DNA from: Wolbachia endosymbiont of Onchocerca ochengi
GTDB lineage: Bacteria > Pseudomonadota > Alphaproteobacteria > Rickettsiales > Anaplasmataceae
Assembly: GCF_000306885.1 (NCBI RefSeq)
Contig: NC_018267.1
Span: 60,001 to 92,000 of the forward strand
Reading direction: 5' to 3'
Length of the DNA stretch: 32,000 bases
The translations under genes were made by a program, and so were the position numbers. The notes beneath the pieces were generated by a model, which ran no database searches, was not told the origin of the DNA, and saw only the letters and a list, made by a program, of their open reading frames with translations. Shown here in pieces: positions 12,648-24,596 of the stretch; positions within the stretch are counted from its first letter, which is position 1; every line of letters starts with the position of its first letter.

Positions 12648-12911
12648 ATGGTGGAGTACACAAAAGAGGTAAGTAATATAGGCTTTGGTAAGATGTACCA
12701 ATCTTTATTTCTCCCTAAAGGAACAGGAACAGACTGGAGGTCAGCATTCCGTCAGCAAGAAGAATTATTAAAAAAGAAGGTAGCAGATAATATAACATCA
12801 CCAGAAATCAGCAATTCTCCTTTAAAAGAAGGTAAATTAGAAGAAGTAGGAACAACACTAAATGATATAAAAAAAGATCAAGGATACATAAAAACAAGAA
12901 AGTTAAGATAA
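12648..12911 (+). CDS. hypothetical small hydrophilic protein (orphan, uncertain)
   Basis: 87-codon ORF with ATG preceded by AGGTG at 6-nt spacing. Lys/Glu-rich with no recognisable motif. Convergent with the 5S rRNA 3' end. Confidence 0.3.
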   Translation: MVEYTKEVSNIGFGKMYQSLFLPKGTGTDWRSAFRQQEELLKKKVADNITSPEISNSPLKEGKLEEVGTTLNDIKKDQGYIKTRKLR

Positions 12912-12954
12912 AAATACATCTATGCAACTCACAATTAATGAAGAAATTTTCATA

Positions 12955-13064
12955 AACTTGGCAGCGACTTACTCTCCCTTTTCAAGTACCATCAGCGCTA
13001 AAAAGTTTCACTTCCGAGTTCGAAATGAGATCGGGTGTTTCATTTTTGCTATAGCCACCAAGTT
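12955..13064 (-). rRNA. rrf: 5S ribosomal RNA
   Basis: The reverse complement reads CTTGGTGGCTATAGC...CCCGATCTCATTTCGAACTCGGAAGTGAAAC...GCGCTGATGGTACT...GGGAGAGTAAGTCGCTGCCAAG. It has a closing helix I formed by the two ends. Ends are accurate to a few nt. Confidence 0.92.
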
Positions 13065-13119
13065 AATAAAAATTTCTAACTCAATTTAATATTTAACACT
13101 GCATACACGCATATAAAAA

Positions 13120-15903
<2,784 letters not shown>

Positions 15904-16014
15904 TCGACTACATGCAGAATATGCAGAGTTAAATATTATTGAAATTAAACTGAGATTAAATTAATCCCTACCATAAAACTTGTCAAACATCTAAAAGCTA
16001 AATTAACTTTCTAT

Positions 16015-16043
16015 ATACTAGAAACTAACAAATAATATGTCAA
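16015..16043 (-). promoter_or_regulatory. candidate promoter for the 23S-5S operon
   Basis: On the minus strand: TTGACA (16043-16038), 17-nt spacer, TAGTAT (16020-16015; 4/6). It lies about 110 nt upstream of the mature 23S 5' end. A second TTGACA at 15986-15981 has only a weak -10 (TAATTT). Confidence 0.3.
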
Positions 16044-16243
16044 CGTTTTTTTACACAAAATATTTACTTATATTGGCAACAATATATACTTGTAATTCTA
16101 AGTAAGCAAAATTTATTATCTAAATAAGCGTTTAAGTAGGGTTATTATAATAAAAGTCAATGAAAAAAATATTTTGCAGTATAAAATACTTTAAAAATCA
16201 AGGTTGTTTAAAAGCGATAGTAAACATACAAGGTGTTTAAAGC

Positions 16244-17317
16244 ATGAAAGGTAACCTATCCTTTATAAATGTTATTTCAAGTTTTATATGCAAGTTAATC
16301 AGTATGCTTAATATTAAGAAAGCTAAACAATTAGCTATAAATAAGTATAATACTTTTCATAAAGAAACAGCTGCACTCCTTAAAAAATCAAAAAATCTAT
16401 TAAACACTAACATTGAAATTGGTTTACATCACTTCTATAATGGTAACATATCAGATGCAAAGCTGAGGTTTTGGCTAATCAGCGTATTTTGTTCTAATTT
16501 ACCTGTAGTTTGGTATAACATTGGAAGATGTCATTTTGCAATGGGAAACACCAACAAGGCTTACACTTATTTAACAAAGACATTAAAACTAGATAATAAC
16601 TACGAAGAAGCGTCCTACTACATAAAAAAAATGACAAATTTAGCACCTATTACAAAACTGCCTAAAAGGCTCATAAAACAATATTTTGATTACACTGGTA
16701 AGTACTTTGTTGAACATTGGTTGATTGCTAAACAATACAGAGGCCATGAGCTTATACACATGGTAATTGTAAAAACCTTTAACGATTTAACTTCCACACT
16801 TACCATACTTGATCTTGGTTGTGGAACTGGAATATGTGGTCATTTCTTTAAAATACACAATATTGGAAATTACATAATAGGAGTTGACATTTCAAACAGA
16901 ATGCTAAATATTGCTAGAGGGTGCTTTATAAAGGGTAAACCTGTTTATAATGAGTTAATACACATGGAAATGACAGATTTCCTTAAACAAGAAAGGAATT
17001 GCTTGTATGATATCATCATCTTTGCCGAAGTATTACACTATCTACACGACTTTCAAGTAGAGCTGGAACTAGCAAAGAAATCTACGAGTAAAAAAGGAGT
17101 GATTATATGCTTAGTAAGAAGAAAGGAAGGTGAAGGTATTGACTTTGTAAATAAAGGAGATTACTTTCGCCACTCAGAAAGTTATATACAAAGTGTTGCA
17201 AAAGAAATAAATATGCAAATAAGCTATATGAGTTACTGTAAAATATATGGAAGTCAGGTTGATGGTATCTTATTTGCGCTACAGCATCTACAAAAAAAAC
17301 CGGAAACCATAACTTAA
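16244..17317 (+). CDS. TPR-repeat-containing class I SAM-dependent methyltransferase (COG4976-like)
   Basis: The N-terminal half has TPR-like repeats (WYNIGRCHFAMGNTNKAYTYLTKTLKLDNNYEEA). The C-terminal half has SAM motif I ILDLGCGTGICG and a post-I acidic residue (GVDIS). AAGGTG lies 8 nt before the ATG. Confidence 0.8.
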   Translation: MKGNLSFINVISSFICKLISMLNIKKAKQLAINKYNTFHKETAALLKKSKNLLNTNIEIGLHHFYNGNISDAKLRFWLISVFCSNLPVVWYNIGRCHFAMGNTNKAYTYLTKTLKLDNNYEEASYYIKKMTNLAPITKLPKRLIKQYFDYTGKYFVEHWLIAKQYRGHELIHMVIVKTFNDLTSTLTILDLGCGTGICGHFFKIHNIGNYIIGVDISNRMLNIARGCFIKGKPVYNELIHMEMTDFLKQERNCLYDIIIFAEVLHYLHDFQVELELAKKSTSKKGVIICLVRRKEGEGIDFVNKGDYFRHSESYIQSVAKEINMQISYMSYCKIYGSQVDGILFALQHLQKKPETIT

Positions 17318-17371
17318 AAATTACTATTGCTCAAAGCAGTTTCTATGTACAATAAAACAAAAGAGGAATCC

Positions 17372-19156
17372 ATGAGTAATATTACTATTAATCACGAAAA
17401 AAATGTTAAACTGACCAGCTTTGGAAAAGCAGTTCTATTGGATAGGTATCTAATAGAAAATGAAAGTTACCAAGATCTCTTTATACGTATTGCTAGCTAC
17501 TACTCAGATAATAAGGAGCATGCGCAACGTCTTTATGATTACATAAGCAATTTGTGGTTTATGCCTTCAACACCAATACTTAGTAATGGCGGCACTAACA
17601 GAGGATTACCTATCTCTTGTTTTCTTAATGAAACCGAAGACAGCCTACAGGGAATAGTTGATTTATGGAATGAAAATGTTTGGCTAGCTGCACGTGGAGG
17701 AGGGATAGGTAGTTATTGGGGAAATCTACGTTCAATTGGCGAAAGTGTAAAGGGCAGTGGTAAAACATCTGGGATTGTACCATTTATTGTAGTACAGAAC
17801 GCTCTAACACTTGCAATCAGTCAAGGATCATTAAGAAGAGGAAGCTCAGCAGTTTACCTTCCTGTATCCCATCCAGAAATAGAAGAGTTTCTTGATATAC
17901 GCAAGCCAACAGGAGGTGATCCAAATCGCAAAGCATTAAATATACATCACGCTGTAATAGTAAACGACGAATTCATGCAAGCTGTTGAAAGAGATTTAGA
18001 ATGGGATTTAATTAGCCCTCACAGTAACAAAGTCATTTCAACTGTTAAAGCACGTGATATATGGGTTAAAATATTAATAGCAAGAGTCGAAACTGGAGAA
18101 CCTTATATTATTTTTCTCGACGCAATAAATAACAATAAGCCAGAATCTTACAAAAAACTCAATTTAGACATTAAGATGTCAAATCTATGCAGTGAAATTA
18201 CTTTAACCACAGGTTATGACCATCTAAACAAACCACGCACTGCTGTATGCTGCCTATCATCAGTAAATCTTGAATACTATGAAGAATGGAAAGACAGTGA
18301 ATTCTTCATAGAGGACATAATGCGCTTCCTTGATAATGTATTTGAGGATTTCATAAATAAGGCACCAAACGAAATACAGCGAGCAAAATATTCCGCAATG
18401 AGAGAGCGTAGTATTGGTCTTGGTGTGATGGGCTTTCATTCATTTTTACAGAGCAAAATGGTTCCTTTTGAGTCAGTAACAGCACAACAGTGGAACAAAA
18501 GGATATTTAAGCACTTGCGTGAGCAAGCAGACATAGTTTCTAAAAAATTAGCAGAAGAAAAGGGAGCATGCCTTGATGCTAAAGAAATCAATCTAATGGA
18601 AAGGTTTACACACAAGCTCGCTATCGCTCCAACTGCTTCGATTTCCATTATCGCAGGTAACACCTCCCCTGGGATAGAGCCATATGCAGCAAATGTATTC
18701 ACACAAAAAACACTCACAGGTTCATTTGTAGTGCGAAACAAATTCTTACAAAAATTATTAGCAAAAAAAAATCAAGATAATGACAAAGTATGGTCCTCAA
18801 TTTCAACAAACGAAGGTTCCGTACAGCATCTAGACTTTCTCAACGAGCACGAAAAATTAACATTTAAAACAGCATACGAACTTGATCAAAGATGGATTAT
18901 AGAACATGCAAGCGATAGAACTCCATATATTTGTCAGTCTCAATCAGTAAATTTGTTTCTACCTCCTAATATACATAAACGCTATTTACACAAAATACAC
19001 ATGCTTGCTTGGAAAAAAAATCTAAAAAGTTTATATTACTGTAGATCACTGTCAATACAAAGAGCCGACAAGGTTTCACATGATATATCCGAAAAAAACG
19101 AAATATTACACCAAAAAACAGATATTGATTATGATGAGTGCTTATCATGTCAATAA
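17372..19156 (+). CDS. nrdA: ribonucleoside-diphosphate reductase alpha subunit (class I)
   Basis: Catalytic-site blocks are present (SNLCSEI, PTASIS, C-terminal YDECLSCQ redox tail). The ORF is open from TTG 17327. ATG 17372 is preceded by AAGAGGAA and is the preferred start; ATG 17345 is an alternative. No nrdB is adjacent. Confidence 0.93.
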   Translation: MSNITINHEKNVKLTSFGKAVLLDRYLIENESYQDLFIRIASYYSDNKEHAQRLYDYISNLWFMPSTPILSNGGTNRGLPISCFLNETEDSLQGIVDLWNENVWLAARGGGIGSYWGNLRSIGESVKGSGKTSGIVPFIVVQNALTLAISQGSLRRGSSAVYLPVSHPEIEEFLDIRKPTGGDPNRKALNIHHAVIVNDEFMQAVERDLEWDLISPHSNKVISTVKARDIWVKILIARVETGEPYIIFLDAINNNKPESYKKLNLDIKMSNLCSEITLTTGYDHLNKPRTAVCCLSSVNLEYYEEWKDSEFFIEDIMRFLDNVFEDFINKAPNEIQRAKYSAMRERSIGLGVMGFHSFLQSKMVPFESVTAQQWNKRIFKHLREQADIVSKKLAEEKGACLDAKEINLMERFTHKLAIAPTASISIIAGNTSPGIEPYAANVFTQKTLTGSFVVRNKFLQKLLAKKNQDNDKVWSSISTNEGSVQHLDFLNEHEKLTFKTAYELDQRWIIEHASDRTPYICQSQSVNLFLPPNIHKRYLHKIHMLAWKKNLKSLYYCRSLSIQRADKVSHDISEKNEILHQKTDIDYDECLSCQ

Positions 19157-19624
19157 ATGCTGCATAAAAATCCCGCTGAATTTTTAAAATCCATTCCAAA
19201 AGACAAGCGCGTAATGTGCCTCGATATGGGGAAAAAACAAATAGGAATAGCATTTAGTGACAAAACGCAACTCATAGCTACTGCTCATAGCATATATAAT
19301 AGAAAAAATATAAGCAAAGATTTAGGCTACCTAAATAGAGTATTCAAAGAAAATGAAGCTGGTTCAGTAGTAATAGGGCTACCACTAGAAACAAATAGAA
19401 AAAGAAGTGAATGGTATGAAACCATCATCCAGTTTGCAACCAAAATGATAAAAAAATATAAAGTAAATATATATTTGCAAGATGAAAGCTTATCAACATT
19501 TATTGCAATTCATACACTAAAGACTGCCGGAGTATCAATCACAAAATCAAAAAAAATAGACGATAAAATCTCCGCATGTATTATTTTACAACGAACGCTA
19601 GATAAGATAAATGCAATTAAATAG
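19157..19624 (+). CDS. ruvX: YqgF/RuvX putative Holliday junction resolvase / pre-16S rRNA nuclease
   Basis: 155 aa. N-terminal CLDMGKKQIGIAFSD (the DxGxxxIG motif of the YqgF family). ATG immediately follows the nrdA TAA. Confidence 0.85.
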   Translation: MLHKNPAEFLKSIPKDKRVMCLDMGKKQIGIAFSDKTQLIATAHSIYNRKNISKDLGYLNRVFKENEAGSVVIGLPLETNRKRSEWYETIIQFATKMIKKYKVNIYLQDESLSTFIAIHTLKTAGVSITKSKKIDDKISACIILQRTLDKINAIK

Positions 19625-19941
19625 TTTTTCTATAGCTAAAAAATTCCTATATGTTATACTGTAATAGTATCTTAACTGTAACACGTAGTAATGGAACTCA
19701 TCACTTCAAACCATTCCTTAGGTTATCACTCAAGCAGCATCAGTTAGTTTTATATACACAAGCGCTCATCACCTTTACTAGCATTCATAGTGTTCAAAGT
19801 TAACTTCCGTTAACACCTTGCTAATTCTAGCTACATCTTAAATTTCAGCTAGAGAAGCTTTGCTTATATTTTCTAAAAAAACAAAATAAGAACATAATGC
19901 TTTTTCTTTTTTCGTTACCAACGCTAAATACTTTCTCTTAA

Positions 19942-21594
19942 TTATGAACTTATAAACTGTTTATCGCGTTTTTTTCTATGTGAAGCTATTGCAAAACGAT
20001 GAGCTTCATTACGAAGCAATTGTAAGTAAAGCATGACCTTGCTATCATTCTCCAGAGTAAACTCTTCCTTACCTAACATATAAAATCTCTCGTTTCCCGC
20101 ATTGCGATAAGTACCCTTTGCCATACAAACAAAAGGAACATCTATTTTCAATATTTGCAACACATTCTGCACTGTGGAAACATGCCCAGGCCCGCCATCA
20201 ATTAAGAGAAAATCAGGGATTATGTCCTTTATCTTACCGGAAAAACGCTTGGTTAACACTTCCCTCATCATTTTATAGTCATCACCTGAAATTTCCCCTT
20301 TTATAGTAAATTTTCTGTATTCACTTTTTAAAAAACCTTCCTGTCCTGCAACAACCATTACACCAATTTGGTGACTTCCAGATATATGGCTATTATCATA
20401 AACCTCTATACGTTTTGGAACATTTGGTAACGAAAAAACTTTACTCAGCTTTTCGAGTTTCTCTAGACTATCTCTACAATCAGTAAGCTCTCGCTCTAAG
20501 CTATATTGAGAATTATTAAAAACAAACTCTAATAAATCACGTTCTTTATTACTCTTTGTGTACAAAACCTTTATTGATTTGTGAGTAATTTTACATAGTG
20601 CTTGCTCTATAATTTTCCTATTTGTAATAAAATCTGGAATATAAATTTGTACCGGAGGCACATTAACTGAGTTATAGAAATTGATCAAAAAAGTAGACAA
20701 AATTTCATCATCTGGATGATCATTACAATTTTCAGCAAAGTAAGAAGTACTTCCGTAGTTTTCTTTATTTCTGAACGATAACAAATTAATACACGCTGAA
20801 TCTTCTTTACGTGCAATGCTGAAAAAGTCTGCATCTTTTTCAAAAGAAAAATCCATTGGCTGCATTTGAACTTGCTTAAGCAGCTTTATCCGATCTCTAT
20901 ATACAGCAGCAAGCTCGTAGTTCTGCTCATTGCTATACTTTTTCATTATAGAAAGTAACTGCTCTTCCACTTTATTGTTTCTCCCAAGTAATGTATCCCG
21001 TGCTTGTTTTGCTGATTGGCAGTAATCATCTTTTGCAATTTTACCCACACATGGTGCTGAGCAGCGCCTAATATGATACTCAAAACATGGCCTTTTTGTT
21101 GAGGAGAACTTTTTATCTGAACATCCTCTCAAGAGAAAAGCTTTTTGCAATGACAATATAGTTTGCTTAACAGCAGTAGCAGATGTAAAGGGACCATAAT
21201 AATGAAATTCACCCTTTTTAAGTTTGCCTCTATGTTGTGCTATACTAGGATAATCATGTTTGGAAATTGTTATATAAGGGTAAGATTTTCCATCTTTAAG
21301 CTTAATATTATAAGTAGGTTTTAGTGACTTTATTAACCGCGACTCAAGAAGCAATGCCTCGATTTCATTCTTAGTTAGAAAAGTCTCAATCTTAACAATC
21401 TGTGAAAGCATAACCTTAACTCGTTCAGAAAGGTTTCCAAATCGAAGGTAGTTAGATAATCTTAATTTTAAGTTTTTTGCTTTTCCAACATATAAAACCT
21501 TACCCTTCTCTCCAGTCATTTTATATACACCGCAAGACTGCGCAGATAAATCAATTTGCTTTTTTATTACCTGAACATTTACGATATAATTCAT
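19942..21594 (-). CDS. uvrC: excinuclease ABC subunit C, lacking the C-terminal (HhH)2 domain
   Basis: GIY-YIG N-terminus (GVYKM...VLYVGKAKNLKLRLSNY), UVR domain (YELAAVYRDRIKLL) and RNase-H-like endonuclease domain (IEVYDNSHISG) are present. The ORF stops at 550 aa just after HRKKRDK, where the roughly 55-aa HhH domain normally begins. Confidence 0.88.
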   Translation of the reverse strand: MNYIVNVQVIKKQIDLSAQSCGVYKMTGEKGKVLYVGKAKNLKLRLSNYLRFGNLSERVKVMLSQIVKIETFLTKNEIEALLLESRLIKSLKPTYNIKLKDGKSYPYITISKHDYPSIAQHRGKLKKGEFHYYGPFTSATAVKQTILSLQKAFLLRGCSDKKFSSTKRPCFEYHIRRCSAPCVGKIAKDDYCQSAKQARDTLLGRNNKVEEQLLSIMKKYSNEQNYELAAVYRDRIKLLKQVQMQPMDFSFEKDADFFSIARKEDSACINLLSFRNKENYGSTSYFAENCNDHPDDEILSTFLINFYNSVNVPPVQIYIPDFITNRKIIEQALCKITHKSIKVLYTKSNKERDLLEFVFNNSQYSLERELTDCRDSLEKLEKLSKVFSLPNVPKRIEVYDNSHISGSHQIGVMVVAGQEGFLKSEYRKFTIKGEISGDDYKMMREVLTKRFSGKIKDIIPDFLLIDGGPGHVSTVQNVLQILKIDVPFVCMAKGTYRNAGNERFYMLGKEEFTLENDSKVMLYLQLLRNEAHRFAIASHRKKRDKQFISS

Positions 21595-21896
21595 TGCTTA
21601 ACTTGTATAAGTTTAAAACATGCCACTGAATGAAAAATGGAAATAACACTCGCAAGCAAAGAGAATCTATTTTCTCTTAGCTTATCATAAGCACAGTTAA
21701 TCTTTACATTGTCCATAAACTGATTGATAAGTGGAAGAAATCGATTAAGCTCATCAAGTGCTGCACTGAAGTGATCATTTTTTATTGCTTGTTTAATTCT
21801 TTCATAAACAGCTACAGCACAATTTGATAGTGCTATCTCCTTATTGTCAATCAAAAACTCTTGATTATAAGACGCGATATAAGTAGTATTGTCATT
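21591..21896 (-). pseudogene. glyS: glyS C-terminal segment, same reading frame, separated from the main ORF only by TAA 21897-21899
   Basis: The 14 sense codons after the TAA (NDNTTYIASYNQEF) run straight into the 87-codon ORF. That ORF's sequence (ALDELNRFLPLINQFMDNVKINCAYDKLRENRFSLLASVISIFHSVACFKLIQ) matches the conserved GlyS C-terminus (...FFD.V.V......R.NRL.LL......F...ADFS.L). Its stop overlaps the uvrC ATG in an ATGA junction. Confidence 0.8.
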
Positions 21897-23696
21897 TTAT
21901 TTTGCTTTGCTAACTATATTACTCACCCTTCTATAAGTATTCAGAATCTGCTCACCTTTAGGAGTACTGAGATAACAATCTAATATAATAGTTTGCTTTT
22001 CTGCTGTCAGTAGATCATCAATATCAGTTTTATATAATATTGAATCTATAACATCTTGCCTTACACCTTTATTTTTTAAAATAACCCTAAATCTCTTTAA
22101 ACAAAATTTAAGCACAAGTTCTAGAATCTGCTCCCTATTTAGCTTATTAGGTTGACCAACTGATGCTGCATCCCCAGCAAATACAAATTCTAAATATAAA
22201 GATACCGACTTATCTATCAATAGTCTGATTGGAATATGCAAATTATTCTCAAGTATCGTTCTAATTATGCCAATTGCCATTCTTCGTAAACCAAATTGAT
22301 CATATGAACCTGAGATCTTTTCACCTGCTGCAATCAAACCAACTAAACTATCTACTTTATCAGCAATAGCCACAACAATCGCAGTAGGGGATCTAGGACA
22401 TTCTTGCTCTGGTCTAACTGGTTTATAATGTTCAGTTATAGCTTCCACTATTTCTTTATCTTCTTGAAAATAAGAGGCATAATATCCACCCATTATTCCT
22501 TGTAATTCTGGAAATTCTCTTACCATTGATGTTGCGAGATCTGCCTTTGCCAAATATGCAGCATGCTCAACCTTAGTTAACGAAGCATGCGGAACATACA
22601 TGGCTATATACTTTGATAAAACCATAATACGCCTTACTTTTTCTCCAACATTACCTAGATAAGCATGAGATAATATCGAGTCTAACTTTCTTACATAATA
22701 ATCAAGATTTTCCTTTCTATCTTGAGACATCAAAAATTGCGCATCAGCAAGACGTGCTTCTAATATCCTTTCATGCCCTTTGATAACTTCATCACTGCTG
22801 ACATTGACAACAGTAGCAAAGTGCGAAATTCTCTTTCCATTACTCAAAGCAAGACATTTTTGTTGTGTATTAATTATACTAAGAATTGCCTCTTTTGGCA
22901 ATCCAAATGACTTTTCATGATTTACTTTACCAAACAGTACAACTGGCCACTCTATAAGCCCCGTTAATTCATCCAATAAATAATTATTTTCTTCAAGTTG
23001 TAAATTCTGCTCTTTTATGAATTTATTAATCTGATCCAGTATGAATTGCTTTCTTTTATCTTGCTGGAGAATGACATTATTTTTTTTTAGTAACCCAAAG
23101 TAGTCTTTAGGTACTTTAACAGTAAGCATCGCGCCACCTGAGAGAAATCTATGACCATAAGTTGTGTTACATGCCGTAATCCCTGCAAAAAATACAGGGA
23201 TTATCTCGTCATTTAAAATGCATAAAATGTTTTTAATTGGTCTAACCCATCTTTCTTTTCCTTTGCTCCACCTCATGCTTTTCGGCCAAGAAAAGTCTTT
23301 TAGCATTTTTTCCAGTTGATTTTTAAGAAATTCTTTGATGTTAAATGAGCTGCTTTCTCTCTTAATGAAGTAAAACTCTCCATCATTTACTTTTCGAATA
23401 AGTAAATCTTTTCTATCTTTTTGATATTTTTTTAAAAAACCTTCGATGGCACTTTCCGGTGCACTGACATTTGGTCCACTAATTTTGTTATTAGAACCTT
23501 TCAGCTCTGAAATATTTATATCACTAACAAAAAGAGCAATGCGACGTGCTGTCACAAAAACCTCTATAGAGGCAAATTTCACATTATTTTTATTGAAAGC
23601 ATTAGTAATATAACTCTTAACTTGAGCTACAGCTAAACTTTGCATTCTTGATGGTATCTCTTCTGAAAGGCATTCAAATAATAGTTGCGATAACAT
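21897..23696 (-). CDS. glyS: glycyl-tRNA synthetase beta subunit, N-terminal 599 codons ending at a premature in-frame TAA
   Basis: MLSQLLFECLSEEIPSRMQ N-terminus and end-to-end GlyS similarity. Sits immediately downstream of glyQ. Full-length GlyS is about 690-700 aa, so this ORF lacks about 100 C-terminal residues. Confidence 0.9.
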   Translation of the reverse strand: MLSQLLFECLSEEIPSRMQSLAVAQVKSYITNAFNKNNVKFASIEVFVTARRIALFVSDINISELKGSNNKISGPNVSAPESAIEGFLKKYQKDRKDLLIRKVNDGEFYFIKRESSSFNIKEFLKNQLEKMLKDFSWPKSMRWSKGKERWVRPIKNILCILNDEIIPVFFAGITACNTTYGHRFLSGGAMLTVKVPKDYFGLLKKNNVILQQDKRKQFILDQINKFIKEQNLQLEENNYLLDELTGLIEWPVVLFGKVNHEKSFGLPKEAILSIINTQQKCLALSNGKRISHFATVVNVSSDEVIKGHERILEARLADAQFLMSQDRKENLDYYVRKLDSILSHAYLGNVGEKVRRIMVLSKYIAMYVPHASLTKVEHAAYLAKADLATSMVREFPELQGIMGGYYASYFQEDKEIVEAITEHYKPVRPEQECPRSPTAIVVAIADKVDSLVGLIAAGEKISGSYDQFGLRRMAIGIIRTILENNLHIPIRLLIDKSVSLYLEFVFAGDAASVGQPNKLNREQILELVLKFCLKRFRVILKNKGVRQDVIDSILYKTDIDDLLTAEKQTIILDCYLSTPKGEQILNTYRRVSNIVSKAK

Positions 23697-23699
23697 ATG

Positions 23700-24539
23700 C
23701 TATTTACTTATGTATAACTCACAACATTTTTTTGTTAGCTCCCTTACTCTGCTAATATATACTGTACGCTCATTCACATCAAGCACACCTCTTGCATCAA
23801 GCAGATTAAGTAAATGACTAGTTTTAACACATTGGTCATAAGCTGCTACCGGCAATTTTTTTTCAATAAGGAATTGACACAACTTTTCCGCATCTTCAAA
23901 TTGCTGCTGTGCTACTTCAGTAGTATAATAGTTTAATGACAGGCAAGAAAATTCATACTCTCTTTGCTTAAAAATATCTCCATAAGTTACACCATTGTCG
24001 TTCCAAGTTATATCAAAAACATTATCTATACCTTGTATACACATTGCTAAACGTTCCAGCCCATACGCTACTTCACCAGGAATTATTTTACAATCAATGC
24101 CTCCTACTTGCTGTATATAAGTAAGTTGTGTCACCTCCATTCCATTGCATATAACTTCCCACCCAAGTCCTGATGCACCAACACTTGGATTTTCCCAATC
24201 ATCTTCAACAAATTGAATATCATATTTCCTTGTAGATATACTAAGAGCCTTTAGGCTACTCAAGTAGATATCCTGCAAGTTATTTCCAGAAGGCTTTATC
24301 ACTACCTGGTACTGATGATGTTGATATAGGCGATTAGGGTTGTCACCATAGCGCCCATCTGCCGGTCTAACCACTGGTTGTAAATATGCAACCTTCATTG
24401 GTTTTGCATCAACCGCTGCCATAGCTGTTGCAGGATGCAATGTTCCAGCTCCAATTTCAGACGTATATGGATAAAGTATAGTACATCCTTCACTAGCCCA
24501 AAAATCTTGCAATTCTTTTATTATACTTTGTAGATCCAC
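23700..24539 (-). CDS. glyQ: glycyl-tRNA synthetase alpha subunit
   Basis: 279 aa. Highly conserved GlyQ blocks (QDFWASEGC, YLQPVVRPADGRYGDNPNRLYQHHQYQVVIKP, GWEVICNGMEVTQLTYIQQVGG). Confidence 0.95.
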   Translation of the reverse strand: MDLQSIIKELQDFWASEGCTILYPYTSEIGAGTLHPATAMAAVDAKPMKVAYLQPVVRPADGRYGDNPNRLYQHHQYQVVIKPSGNNLQDIYLSSLKALSISTRKYDIQFVEDDWENPSVGASGLGWEVICNGMEVTQLTYIQQVGGIDCKIIPGEVAYGLERLAMCIQGIDNVFDITWNDNGVTYGDIFKQREYEFSCLSLNYYTTEVAQQQFEDAEKLCQFLIEKKLPVAAYDQCVKTSHLLNLLDARGVLDVNERTVYISRVRELTKKCCELYISK

Positions 24540-24596
24540 ATAAACTGCACACTTTTTACACTAAATATATAAGCAAATATGTATACTATACAATAT

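Noticed and set aside
12513-12701. 62-aa minus-strand ORF spanning the rnpA 3' end
   Set aside because: It overlaps rnpA and the small + ORF in antisense. Its composition is hydrophobic noise and it has no RBS.
18436-19253. Antisense ORFs 18436-18741 and 18966-19253 over nrdA/ruvX
   Set aside because: They are antisense to well-supported genes with low-complexity translations, so they are shadow ORFs.
20118-20306. 62-aa + strand ORF inside uvrC
   Set aside because: It is antisense to uvrC and has no motif.
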